A stretch of 64,000 nt of DNA, from contig NC_087436.1 of NCBI RefSeq assembly GCF_036321535.1, forward strand, positions 83,578,001 through 83,642,000, written 5' to 3'. The position numbers and the translations under genes are program-made. Source of the DNA: Camelus dromedarius. Lineage: Eukaryota. Below, in pieces: positions 27,190 through 39,638 of this stretch. Positions within the stretch are counted from its first letter, which is position 1. The number at the start of each line of letters is the position of its first letter. The notes under the pieces are model-generated. The model saw only the letters and a list, made by a program, of their open reading frames with translations, was not told where the DNA came from and did not search any database.

Positions 27190-28710
27190 TTTATAGTTAT
27201 AATAACCCATTTTAAGTTGTTGACAATTTAACTTCCATCACATACAATAACTCTACACTTTTACCACGCTACACACACTTTGTCTCCCTGTAGTTAGAGT
27301 TTGCTTCTTTAAAACTGTATACATTAACAAATGTTTATCTTCTAACTTGTATATTAGGGTTAAAATAATTTATACATCACTATTACAGTATAACATTATT
27401 CTCTATTTGTCTATATTCTTATCCTTACCAGTAAGATTTATGCTTTCACCTTGTGGTCTACCATGTTGTTTGTTTTGATTTGAAGAACTTCCTTAAGCAT
27501 TTTTTGCAAGGCAGGGCTAGTGGTGATAAACTCCCTTGGTTTTTGTTTGTCTGACCTCAGTTTTTGTTTTGTTTATCAATCAGTCTATTTTCCTCTCCTT
27601 TATTCTTAAAGAATAATTTTTTTCAGCTAAAATGTTCTTGGTTTGTAGATTTTTTTTTTTCTTTCAGTATTTTGAATACATCATTCCACTCTCTCCTGAC
27701 CTGCAAGGTTTCTGCGTAGAATTCTGCAGATAGTCTTATGGTGGTGGGGGGGGGGGGTTTGCCACATTTCCTATATATGATGCATTATTTTTTTTTCCCT
27801 TCATACTTGGAAAATTTTTTCTCCTTGACTTTTGACAATTTGATTACAATGTGTCTCAGTGTAGATATTCTCTTTCTCTCCCCCTCTCCCTCCTGAGACT
27901 CCCATAATGCATATATTGGTTCACCTGATGTCTCATAAATCCTATAGGCTTTTATTCTTTAATCTCTTCTGATTGGGTAATTTCAAATAACCTATCTTTG
28001 AGTTTGCTGATTCCTTCTTTGGCTTGATTTAGTCTGCTGTTTCTATTACATTTTTAAAAAATTCATTTGTTGCATTCTTTTGCTCCAGAATTTCTGTGTG
28101 TTTTTTAAAAATGATTTCTATCTTTTTGTTGCTTTCCTGATTATGTTAAGCTGTCTATTTGTGTTTTCTTGTAGCTTGTTGAGCTTCTTTAAGACAATTA
28201 TTTTGAATTGTTTGCCAGGCAATTCATTTCTACATTCTGGGGAAGTCAGTTACTAGGAATTTATTGTGTTCCTTTTGTGGTGTCATATTTCCTTGATTTT
28301 TCATATTACTTGTTGCCTTGCATTGGTGTCTGCACTCAGCTGTTGTAAGCATTAGTGAAGATTATGCAGGTCATTGGTGGTGAAGGTTGTTGGGGGCGTC
28401 CCTGGTGGCACTAAGGACTGCTAAGGTCCTTTTGTCCTCCTTTGCCTCCACAGGAAAAAGTCAGCCAACATGATCCCTCTTGGTGCCAACCTGTGCTGCC
28501 CTGTGGAATGGGAGGTGTAGGTAAGATGCTTCCTACACTTATAACATGTGGCCTTCCTTGGTTTCTGCACTCCACTGGGTTGCTGGACCTTCTTAATTGT
28601 ACTCTAGAGCTTTCTCAGAGCTATTAACACCCATTAGCAATGGTCAGATTGTTGTTTTTGTGCGGGGATGAAAGTTGGAACCTCTTAGTCTGCCATCCTG
28701 CTGATGTGTT
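27190..28710 (-). mobile_element. Old L1 5'/ORF1-region fragment
   Basis: T-rich reverse ORF1 motifs (tcattccactctctcctgacctgcaaggtttctg, gactcccataatgcatatattgg) ending tctgccatcctgctgatgt. Confidence 0.7.
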
Positions 28711-28939
28711 CAGCTTTGCTCTCCATTCTGTAAAGTACCCTATGTGACTCCAAAAAATTCTTTTACTTTATCTTTTCTTTCTTATTTTTTTGGTCTAATT
28801 TTAGCCAGAGTTGCTTTTTGTTTTTTAACTAAAGTACTTTAAATTACACAAATATTTACTATAGTATCACTTATAGTATGGTCACTCAGTAGAAAACTGT
28901 GGAATTAAATTTACAATGATGATGATAATTATAATCAAA

Positions 28940-29200
28940 ATAATAATACTGGCTTTCACTTATATAGCGCTTAATGCATGTGTAGCATTTTTCTAAGTGC
29001 TTATTATACTTTTATTCACTTGATCCTCACAATGACCCTCTGTAAGATATGTATTTTTCCATGTAAATCTATTATACATGGACATTGAGTCACAGAAAGT
29101 ATAAGTAGCCTGTTCAAGGTCACACACCTGATAAGAGGCAGAGCTGAAAACTGAAACCAGGCAATCTGTCTCCAGAGTCCTGCTCTTAATTCTACAAAAT
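28940..29200 (-). mobile_element. MIR SINE
   Basis: gatcctcacaatgaccct...ttcaaggtcacaca...aggcaatctgtctccagagtcctgctcttaa. Confidence 0.7.
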
Positions 29201-29579
29201 AATGCCTCTCTAGAAGAAGCCTTCCTGTTTAATTAGATCAGGAAATATTGCAGGTTAGGTGGCCTCCAAAGTAAACGTAAATAAGAAATCGTTAAAAAAA
29301 AAAAAAAGGATACATAGAAATAACACATACTTAGATTTTTTTTTTTTTTTCACTTTAAAACTCTTACATGTTCATTTATTTCCCTGTCTTTTGATGTGGG
29401 CCTTTGGTTGGAAATGGCCAATATCTTGGAATTCCAGACTTTCTTCCCTGTATAAACCATAATCATAATGTATCACCTATGTGAAGACTGTAATCTTTAT
29501 TGAGCCTTTCCAATGTATTAAACTTAGCTTTTGCAGAAAAGATAATTCTTTGTGAACATGATACAATCTCCTCATGTCC

Positions 29580-29900
29580 TTTATGTCCTCTCTCCAGGCA
29601 CCACAAAGACTATGCTTTCAGTCTCCCTTTCAGTTAGATGGGGAGTCATTTGACTGAATCTGCTCATTGAAATGTGAGAAGTATTATAAGTCACGTCCAG
29701 GTGTAGTTATAAGACTATTGCATATTATTTTTCAACCTCTTCTTTTCCTACTGAGGCAACCTAGGAGGGCAGTTGGGACAACATGGAGGAGGGCTGCTCA
29801 ACGCACTGGACTGTGGAGTGAGTGAGAAACGTCAATTGTGTTAGCCACAAAGACTTCAGAGTCTGTTACAGAAGGTTCTATTAACTATGCTAACACCATT
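29580..29900 (+). mobile_element. MLT1-type LTR
   Basis: ctccctttcagttagatgg...attgaaatgtgagaagta...gagtgagtgagaaac...tgtgttagccac. Confidence 0.5.
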
Positions 29901-32900
29901 TTCCTAAAAATAGCTTAAATGTTGCATTCAATTTGCATTTGTTAAAGTATACAGGTACCATAAAAAGTCTGGCATAAATAGTTTTGGAAATAAATACAAC
30001 TGATTCTTAGTTAGCATATAGCAAAACTGGTAATGAACAAGTCTATAAGAGAATAGCCTGTTAGCCACAAGCGTTCAGTGTTGCCATGGACAGCAGTCAG
30101 TGTGCTTTACAAACAAATGCAGTAAATGCACTAATCTAGCAAATTAGTTAGGTGAAGTTCTGTTAAGCAAACTTTTATTCTGTACTCTAGAAATGTGGAC
30201 AATTATTAATGTCCAGAATACTTACTATGACTTCCCTGAAATAAATTTGAGTCAACTTTTATTTAGACATACATGGTACAATTCAATGGACATTTTTGAG
30301 TAAGTGTAAGAAACTAGAATGAGTGCTTCGGAAGATGCAAGAATGTACGAGCTATTCTCCAACTTTTAGAGAAAACTCAATGTATATGTAAATATGAGAT
30401 ATTTTTCTTAACTTTGGAGAATATATAAAGTCATATAAGAGAAAAAAGCAACTCTCCAGAGGCAAAATATGAGACTTGTTCTCATAAAAGGATAAAAAGA
30501 GCACCCTGGGACAACAGAGGAGAAGGGGATTAACTATACCGGAGGATGAGAGAGTTTCACAGAGGGAGAATTCGAGATGTTCTGGTTGGACCCGCACCCA
30601 CCCAATCAGAAGCACACCCTGCAACAAGGATTGTGAGCAAGTAGCTTATCTGGGTAGTTCAGCAGGGGAATGGGTCAATAATGGAAGGAGAACGCAGTCA
30701 GTAAGGGTGTCATTATTAAGCTACTGTAGCTATTTCAGTGGTTTTGAAGCTTCAACTCGGGGGTGGGGGAAGCTCTGAAAAACACCATAAAATACACATC
30801 CCAGAATTATTCCAACCAAAGAGTAAGGAGCTGGGAATTTATACCTCCGTACTCCTCAGTCACTTGTTAAGGGCTGCCCCTGGAAGGACACTATTGTCTA
30901 GGTACTTCCATCCCTGGGAGACCAACTAAAGAAAACAGCAGAAACTCAGTTCTAAAGCAAATACAAGTAATCTTCGAAATCTTCAAATATTCACTGGCTA
31001 TTTACTGAGTGTCCCTATTTGCCAAACACACACTATATAATGATTTAAAGTAGGCAACTTTTGAGGTGTCAGTGCCAAAGTCTTGCTAACTCACTATAAG
31101 CAGTTTAAAGGTTACACAGCATAACAATGTTTTCATAAGCAAAAGTAATTTAGTCTACCTTCTGTTAAACATTCCTCATAATAGGAAAGAAAGAATTTAA
31201 CATCTGGCACATATATACCTAATCTATTCCAACGATTCCTGAGCAGACATGACCTTCTAGTGTTTATCTGTACGCATTCTACGAAACAAGATGTCTGGGG
31301 AGAAGAAATTAACAGTAATCTGAATTGTAAATATGTGACTATGATTTAAAAACTGGAGCCATAAAAGTACCCAGAGCTAAGCAATAACTTTGAAAACTAC
31401 TTTTATTACTTGATGCTTTATACTGATTGATAATCTAATCAGTCTCCACTATTAGAGAATATCCATTTGCATCATGCAAGCAAACAGTATTTTATCTTTG
31501 CTTTTCTTAAACATCACTAAATATTTTTTAACCTTCAAACTTGGAACCAATCTAAAAGGCATAGCTCACAATCTAAAGAACGATTTGATCTGAAGAAATG
31601 AGCAAATGATTTTGCTGCTACCTCTGAGTTCCTAGGTTCTCAAAATGATAACCTATAGATTTGGGTGGGTACAAATTAGTCATTTGCCCAATGTAAGTTC
31701 ACCCACACAAAGATACAAAACTGCCAAATCACAAGGTATCAAACAACAACAGAAAAACCAAAGCATTTTTTGTTTCCTATTATGACTTCACTGTTACCTA
31801 GTTTGGAGTATTCTTGAAGGCTACAGAAAAGACTAGGAGTAGTAAAAACAAGTAGGACTAGAGTCAGAAGAACATAATTCAAGTACTTCCCTGATACTGA
31901 ATTGCTTTAATACATACCGAATGAATAAATGTATAAATGTTCATGGCACTGATGTTCCAATTTAAAACTATAATTTTGGTTATTTTTATAGTAGGTCTGT
32001 AAACGGTCCTTTGAGTTCAAAATCCAGCTGTCATTTGCTGCTATTGACCTTGAATAATTGACTCTGTAGACTTCCTTATCCACAAAATACAATTAAGATC
32101 ATTTACTTTCCAGGGTTCTTTTGAGAAGTAAATGAGATAATAGGTATAGAAGAACTTAATACAGTATCTGGCATAAAGTCCCCCTTTCCTTTTTTGCCCC
32201 TCTGTACCTGCACTGATTTTGTTTGTGTGTTGCAGACTATAAATTCTCTTAGAGACAGAGACATGTCTCATTTATTTTCTGAAGAGGCCCAGCATTTAGT
32301 CCAGATCTTTGCACCAAGTAGGCAATAAATAAGAAAAAAGTGAACAAACATATGTTGAAGTTAATTTTAGATTATATCCCTAAATAAAAAATGGAGACAT
32401 ATGCAATGTTTTTGAGCATGAAACAGACATGGGAAGTGTTTTAGGAAGCTCATATGCTATATCAGCTTATGTGGTAAATGACTCAATAGGAACCCTGGAT
32501 TCAAACTTGCCAAAACACCTACTGATAAGTGAGCATGTCCCTCAAACTAATTGCTGCAGAAGGCTATTCTAAGATTTTTTTTCCTTTTGCCCAGAATATT
32601 TTAAAGTAACTGTCTTGAGAGTTTCTATATGAGTCACACAGAAAAATCAGCATAATTATTTTATAGCCAGACTTCAACTTTAAAACCAAAAGTTAATATT
32701 TAATCACTACTCCCCAACTTAGTGATCTGCTGTGGCTCAAAATGACTACTGACTACTTTCCATAATCAAATAAAACATTAACATACAAGGATCTCCCAGT
32801 CCAATCATATATGAAAAAATGTGATAAATGAATGACATATAGCTGGAGATAATTTCAAAATAAATCCCCAACAATATAACAAGCAATAGCAACACTGTCT

Positions 32901-33129
32901 AGTAAAGACAGTCTCACAAGATGTTTATTTGGAATAGAATGAGACTTGTCTAGATACTTCTAGATAGATATTTAGTAACATATTAATCACATTATTTTCT
33001 GTAGGTACACATATATATGAGGTTCTACATTAACTCTATACATACTGATAATTTGTGCACAAAGTATATAAATAATATGCATCTACTAGGCAGACCAGGC
33101 TCACAGTCTTCCTGTCCGCCTCTGAATCT

Positions 33130-34150
33130 GCCACCCTCCTGGGTAAATTCAGGGTCAATATGGATAAACCACCATCTTTGTCATCCCTTAACCATCTTCC
33201 GTCCGATGATTTTCTCTTTTCCACCACTTCAGTTACTCATTCTCATCAACACAACTTAAATGTTATCATCGCTGCAGGGGGCTCTACCTCCAAAATGACT
33301 AACACAGACACCCCATTCTCTGTTCACAGCCCCTGCTTTTCTAGCTTGCTCACCTACTCTCATTGCAAACATTCTCCAGTGCCTCCCACGGTGTTGCTCT
33401 CTCATACCCTAACTTACCTTTCTACTCATCTCACCACCTGCACTACCACTACCTGGGTCCAAGCCACCATTGTTCCTTTGTTCCTTAATGTAACGATTGT
33501 GATAAGCTCCCGGTGGGTCTCCCTGTGCTTCTACCTGTCCCTCTCAACAGTCTATTCTCTATAGCAGATAGAGCAACCCTTGGAATAGGTAAGTCAGATC
33601 ATGGCACTCTCTTGTTCAGTACTGTCTAATAAAGCACCATCAGAATAAAAGTCAAAGTCCCAACAATGACCTGCAAGAGCACACATGATCTGGGCCCTTG
33701 CTGCCTCTGTGACATCACTACTTTTCACTTCCCCCTTGTTGACTGTAATCCAACCGCATCAGTCTTCTCGTCTCCACTCTCACACAGAGCAGGTGGACGT
33801 CCCTCTCAGGCCTTTGTACTGCTCTTCTCCCTGCCGGTAGTCCTCTCCTCAAGTGTCTTTACGGCTTGCTCCTTCACCACCTTCAAGTCTCGGCTAAAAT
33901 GTCCCTCGTCAAGGAAACATTGTGACCATCTGATTTAAACGAGCAAATGACATTCCCCTACCTCACCAGCACCACTTCTCTCCTTCCCTGCTTTTTCTCT
34001 ACAGAACACATCACCATCTGACAAACTCTGTATTTCCTTAATTCTTTGTTTACTGCCCATTGTTTATTGTATCCTCATTAGAATAGAAGTGTCATAAGAG
34101 CAGAAGCTTGCTTCTGTCACTGATGAGTCTCCTGTTCCTAGGTAGGCATC
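33130..34150 (+). mobile_element. L2 LINE (L2a-like)
   Basis: ccactacctgggtccaagccaccat, taagtcagatcatggcactct, cagaataaaagtcaaagtcc, ctcaggcctttgtactgct. Confidence 0.75.
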
Positions 34151-35684
34151 AGATGATTATTTAATGAATGCAGCGAACATTTGATAATCCATTATTTCAA
34201 CCATATTTCTGCCACCAAATTGTGTATATAAATATCTAGGTGATTAAGTTAATTCTTGAGTGCATATAAGGGAAAAGCTTCACTAAAGTGGGATTAAATC
34301 ATCTTATGAAAGCAACTCTAAAATTAGTCTGAAGCTGGAGAAATTAAACTATGGCTATTATACGCCTACTTGAAAGATGTGATTCTCTTAGCCCAGTTAC
34401 TCAGACATAGAGCTTTGGCCTTCCAGTTTGGCAAAATAAAGGCACTTCTACTTACGCTCCTCACTGAAACCTACAACAAACAAAAATAATGAAAAAGAGA
34501 AAAGAAAGCTTCACCTTAAGAAACCGGCCATAACTGTAGACAAACAACTATGAATACTACCTGTTAAACTCAACAAAATGTGGAACAAAAGGCCAACAGC
34601 CAACATATACAGTCTCAGACCTCCAGCAGACTACAGATTTTCTCCAAATGTCACAGTCTTACGAGGACTACCCAAAATTCCTTTGATTGAAGTAACTAGA
34701 TCTGGTGGACATGGCCAAACCATTGCAAAATCTGGAAAAACCTTGTAGGACCTGAGGTTCACTCCTGCAGAATGGTGGGGAAAATAGAGGTGAAGAAGGA
34801 GGCATGCAGGCAGACCTTTTCCCTTATCTTTGCCTTGGCCACCTGGTAGAGGAAGCCTGTGTGGAAGGGAGGCTGATGAACACGCTGCAGAAGCCAGTTT
34901 TGCAGCTCTGACCACAGTCAGTTGAGGAGAAATAGATATCCAACTACTGCCCTGACTGCCTGTTATAAAAATGCTTCACTGAGTCACGTTAACTTCCTGC
35001 TCAAAAGGGATAAAGTAAAAAAATCTAAATTACAGCTTAAACCAAATCCATCCTGTTCTTAAAACCTTTCATCATTCTCCCATTCCTATAAGTTTTAACT
35101 ACCTCGTTAAACTCCACATTTATTTGACTCTAATCTCTAGCTTTCTCCTGCTACTTCCTGTGGTCTAGCCAGAAATGTCTGGTCACCACTACATGAACAC
35201 TCCATGTCCTTTAGCATCCCTTCCTACCAAGAAAGTTTTCTGTTCCTCACCTACCTACCTCCCTCTCCCTACCACCTTGTTGAAATCCCAGTCACTTTTC
35301 AGAGCCACTTAATATCCGATTCTTACATAAAACTCCCACTTAAAAGAGTTTTATGATTTATTAAATAATTCATTTTTAAAAAGCAGATCTGGATAGATAC
35401 ACTAAATACTAAAATACACTCTTTAGTTCATCAAGAATGCAATCAGATTCTTGCTTTCCAAAGACAAAAGGATAATTTAACCATACTGAGAAAACGAGAA
35501 TACTGAATAGTAAGAAATGTCTAGAAGAAGTAACTTCTGTCATGAGTAACACATCTGATCAACAACTGTATTTTTCTCCTTTAGACTCTGTCTTCCTTCT
35601 ATTATCAAGTCTGATTTCCTTTAAGGTAAAGTGAAGAAAGGTCATATCATAAAGTTGGTATGACCCCAATATCTTTATTTTAAA

Positions 35685-35890
35685 GCTAAAACTTATTGAA
35701 AACTTGCTATGATTACCTAATTTAATTATAACAAACAACAGCCAAATTAGTTACAGATATTTTTCCTACTTTACAGATGAGGAAACCAAGGTTGAAGCAG
35801 AGACTGAGCAATTTGCCCAGAGTCACACAAATTGTAAGTTCTAAGTCAATCTGATTCCAGAACTGGAATTCTTAACTCTATGCTCTAAGC
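35685..35890 (-). mobile_element. MIR SINE
   Basis: ctactttacagatgaggaaaccaagg...aatttgcccagagtcacaca. Confidence 0.7.
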
Positions 35891-36860
35891 TTATTAATGT
35901 ATCTACTGAAATATCTCTGACCACCCCGTTTCAAAGTAGGCCAATGGCTTCATCAGTTACTCTTCATCCTGTATTATCTCCAAGCTTCCCCCAACCCCAA
36001 TGCGATACTTTACATGTATTCTATAATACTTAACTGGCCTTGAAAATACTTTCACAAGCATTAATGGTTTAAATTCCACAAAAAAAAATCTATAGGATTT
36101 TCACCATTCTGTACAGCAAGGAAGAGGAACACAGATACTATAAATTACCCAGTCACATTGCTGAGTACCTAGGTTACAGATATAAGCCTTCTGAATCTAA
36201 AGTCAGTGCTTTTTCCAGAAAAGCAGAAGGCTTTAGAAGCTTCTAATACCTTCTCTTGGATATGGTGGCAGTCATGAAATATTCAGTGAACTGTCATGTT
36301 TCCCAGTTTCATTCAATTAACTTGAAGACATTCATTCTTATTTCTTTCATAATATGTAGAAATTATGATCATAGACATTATTTTCAGTAAAAATAATGTA
36401 ATATAATGAGTCCAGCCACTGATCAAGGGATTTTCAATGCCAGGCACTGTGCTCATCAGCTTGATAGGCATGAGGCCTGAATGACATGGTCTCTCCAGTT
36501 TCATCCATCAGTGACTGCTGGCACACAACATGTACGGGCAGGAGTGGTAGGAAGGATGTGTGAATAGCCAGGGTGGTTTCAAATCATGAAAAGCATTGTA
36601 TGTCAGGCTGAGATTTCAATGCATAAAGTAGGGATAGGTGAAGAGGAACCAGTGAAGAATTCTGATATGGGAAGTAGTATTTTTATATTTGCATGATGGA
36701 AAGTAACTTAAGCAGCACAAGAGGGAAAATGGTGCCAAGGGGCAGAGCAGAGTCGGGGAAACCAGTGAAAGGCTACTGCAGCAGTCTCCCACAGATTGGC
36801 TAGTTTCCAAGTTTGGCTGATCCTTAAAACTGCCAAGGAAGCCCTTTAAAACACAGGTCT

Positions 36861-37153
36861 TGTGCTATACAGCCGGGCCTTGTTGTTGATCTCTTCTGTA
36901 TGGAGTAGTGTGTATCTGCTAATCCCAAGCTCCTAATTTATCCCTTCCTCCCTCCTTCCCCTCTGATGACCATAAGTTTGTTCTCTGTGTCTGTCCACTT
37001 GTGTCATTTTTTAGATTCAACATTTAAGTGATATATATTTGTCTTTCTGTCTGACTTACTTCACTTAGTATGATAATCACTATGCTGTACACCAGAAACT
37101 AACACAACATTGTAAATCAACTATACTTCAATTAAAAACAAAAAACAAAAAAA
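36861..37153. mobile_element. Short 5'-inverted L1 insertion inside a MER5-like element
   Basis: 36861-37078 is reverse-oriented L1 3'UTR. 37075-37153 is the forward L1 terminus with A tail. Confidence 0.8.
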
Positions 37154-38490
37154 CCACGTTTTGAAGGCCTGCCATGAGTTTTCTGATTCAGTCTGGGTCA
37201 CCAGGTGAACGTGATAATGAGCCAGGAGTAGAATTCTCCTGCCTAGATGAGAGGCACTGAGGAAGCACCAGTGAGGGCAGGAGAGATGGATGAGACACAC
37301 AAGCAGTAGAATTAACAGGTTTTAGTGATGGATGGACATCAACCTGGAGTGACTGTGTGGACAGATGGGCAATTTGCTAAACCTCAATGAACTCAGATGA
37401 AGCATTCAGATCTTCAGGGGAAAGGAAAGATGATGAGACAGTCCACGGAACACGCAGGCACAGGTGAGCACTAGGCAGTTAGACATAGATGTAGGTTTGC
37501 CAGGGAGAGCTGTGGACTGAAGGCCCAAGAATGAGCCCACTTAATAACACTGTGTAATTCTGACTGAGAAGGAAGGGTCCTCAAAGAAGATGGAAGACAG
37601 GCCAGAGAAATAGGAAGGGAAGAACTATTCAATGTGCATTCAAGCATTTAATGGGGAGAGCTGGGTTTGGGGACAGAGTATAAGGGGCCTAAATTCCAAG
37701 TAAAGAAGTCTTGATTGTATATTATCAGCAAATGGAAGTGGGGACAGGGGGAGGCCACACAATGACCGCTAAGGGTTTCTTTACTTAAGTCAGGACTACG
37801 TTATGATCAGGTTTGTTCGGGGGAACATCATTCCATCACTGGTAGAAAAGAGATGGGGACAGGGTGAGTCTAGAGGTGGGAGAAGAGTCTGAAATTGTGT
37901 GGCTATGATAAAGGCCTCGTCTAAAGCAGTGGTGGGGGTGGACACAAGACACCCACTTCAAGAGAGAGTATGAGTCCCAGCAGGAACGACAGAGGAGGAG
38001 GAGGAGTCCGGGGCAGATGAAGGCTTCCAGCGTGTCAGGCTGGTGGCTGGTAAACTGAGTTTGGAGAGGGCAGAACACAAAGTTTTGGAGGTGATGTTGT
38101 GGGTAGGAGAAATTTGAGGTGCCCCATGGTTTTTTATGGGTAGTGAAAATATGGCTCTATGGCTCTTCTGATAGGCTGAGGCTAGAGCTACGATTTAGTT
38201 GTCAGCAGTAGGGTAACTGAAGTAAAAGACAGTCACCCAGGCAAACACATACTTAGCGAGAGTAAATGGTGATCAGCAGTGATTGTCAGGAGAGTGAATG
38301 TGGGACTCAGAATCAGATCTAATACTACAGCTACTGCCTGATCTACACCAAGTGCAGAGAGACATACATTCTTTATTTGATTATTGCTATACTCAGTGCA
38401 TGAATCTGTGGGGTTTGTCTTTTTGGTGATCACATCACACTGACATCTCATATTGTGCTAGAAGTTAACTAAAATCCATGTATAATTTTC

Positions 38491-38653
38491 TTTCCTTTTT
38501 AAAATATATTTTTATTGAAGTATAGTCAGTTTACAATGTGTCCATTTCTGGTGTACAGCACAATACTTCAGTCATATAGGAACATACATATATTAGTTTT
38601 CATATTCTTCTTCACCGTAAGTTACTACAAGATATTGAATGTGGTTCCCTGTG
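38491..38653 (-). mobile_element. Very short L1 3' end in a CR1/L3-like host
   Basis: tttttattgaagtatagtcag...gttccctgtg, flanked by a degenerate 15-nt TSD ccatgtataattttc / ccatgcatgattatc. Confidence 0.8.
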
Positions 38654-38744
38654 CCATGCATGATTATCAATTGAACTGTCACTAATTTTGGTCTCCTCTT
38701 ATCTATGAACCTAAGTATAGGACTTTCCTACTATACTAATTACA

Positions 38745-39545
38745 TCACATTTGATGCTTTTGTTGCAAGAAACAGAATACTGAACTAAAAGCAGTTTGTC
38801 CTATGGGGACGTTTATTCCCCCCATGTAACTAAAAGTCCAGAGGTTATGTGTGTTCAGGGTTGGTTCAGCAGAGGAGCGATGATGAGGAACTGAGGCTTT
38901 TTCCGCCGTTAGCTGCCAACCCCAGTGTGTCGCTGGTACACTCATCAAGGGCAAAAGGTGGTGGCAGCAGTGCCATGCATCCTGCCTTCACACAAGGACA
39001 TCTGAAAGCAGGATGGGAGATGGGGCATCTTGACACAGAGGACTACTATTTTCCTTTTTTTAATTAAAGTTAAAAAAAAATTTATATATAGTAAAAATGC
39101 ATAAATCTTAGGTGTACAGTTAAATGAGTTTTGACAAATGCATACACCCATAAAACCCACTTCCTTATTGAGAACATTTTCATTACCCATGAGGGCTCCC
39201 TCGGGTACTTTCCTAGTCAATCATCATCACTGCCGCCACTCCCAACTCTACCCACAGACAACCACAGCTCTGATCTCTTAAATCATTCTCTTTTCTGTAA
39301 TTAGGGATGAAAATATTTCCCCAGAGCCCTCTGCCCACAGCACACCTCCCCTTACATCTCTCTGGTCCAAACTGTGTCACTGGGGACCCTTAAGTCAATC
39401 ACTAACTCAAGAGGATACCATTATAGACCATTTTCATGATTCATTTACCTGTCAGGGCTGAGGGAAGGGCCCGTCTGACCTCAGCACATTACTACAGGCC
39501 CAACTAAAACAGGTGTTTTGCTTTTTTTGTTTTAAAGCAAGGAAG
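38745..39545 (-). mobile_element. MLT1-like LTR interrupted by an old L1 3' end (~39055-39280, minus)
   Basis: tgcttttgttgcaagaaacagaa...ctctggtccaaactgtgtcac. Insert: aatgcataaatcttaggtgtacagttaaatgagttttgacaaatg. Confidence 0.55.
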
Positions 39546-39566
39546 AGTAGGGAGAGATCCGTATGT

Positions 39567-39568
<2 letters not shown>

Positions 39569-39636
<68 letters not shown>
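39569..39636. repeat. Perfect (AC)34 microsatellite
   Basis: 68 nt of uninterrupted AC. Confidence 0.98.

Positions 39637-39638
<2 letters not shown>

Noticed and set aside
27740..27757. G-run as a functional G-quadruplex
   Set aside because: A simple homopolymer expansion inside a decayed L1, with no evidence of function.
32479..32637. Two nearby AP-1 motifs (tgactca, tgagtca) as an enhancer
   Set aside because: The 7-mer occurs several times in the window at roughly chance frequency. It needs chromatin or conservation data.
33160..33938. 134-aa and 90-aa ORFs
   Set aside because: They lie in decayed L2 sequence with no recognisable protein or splice structure.
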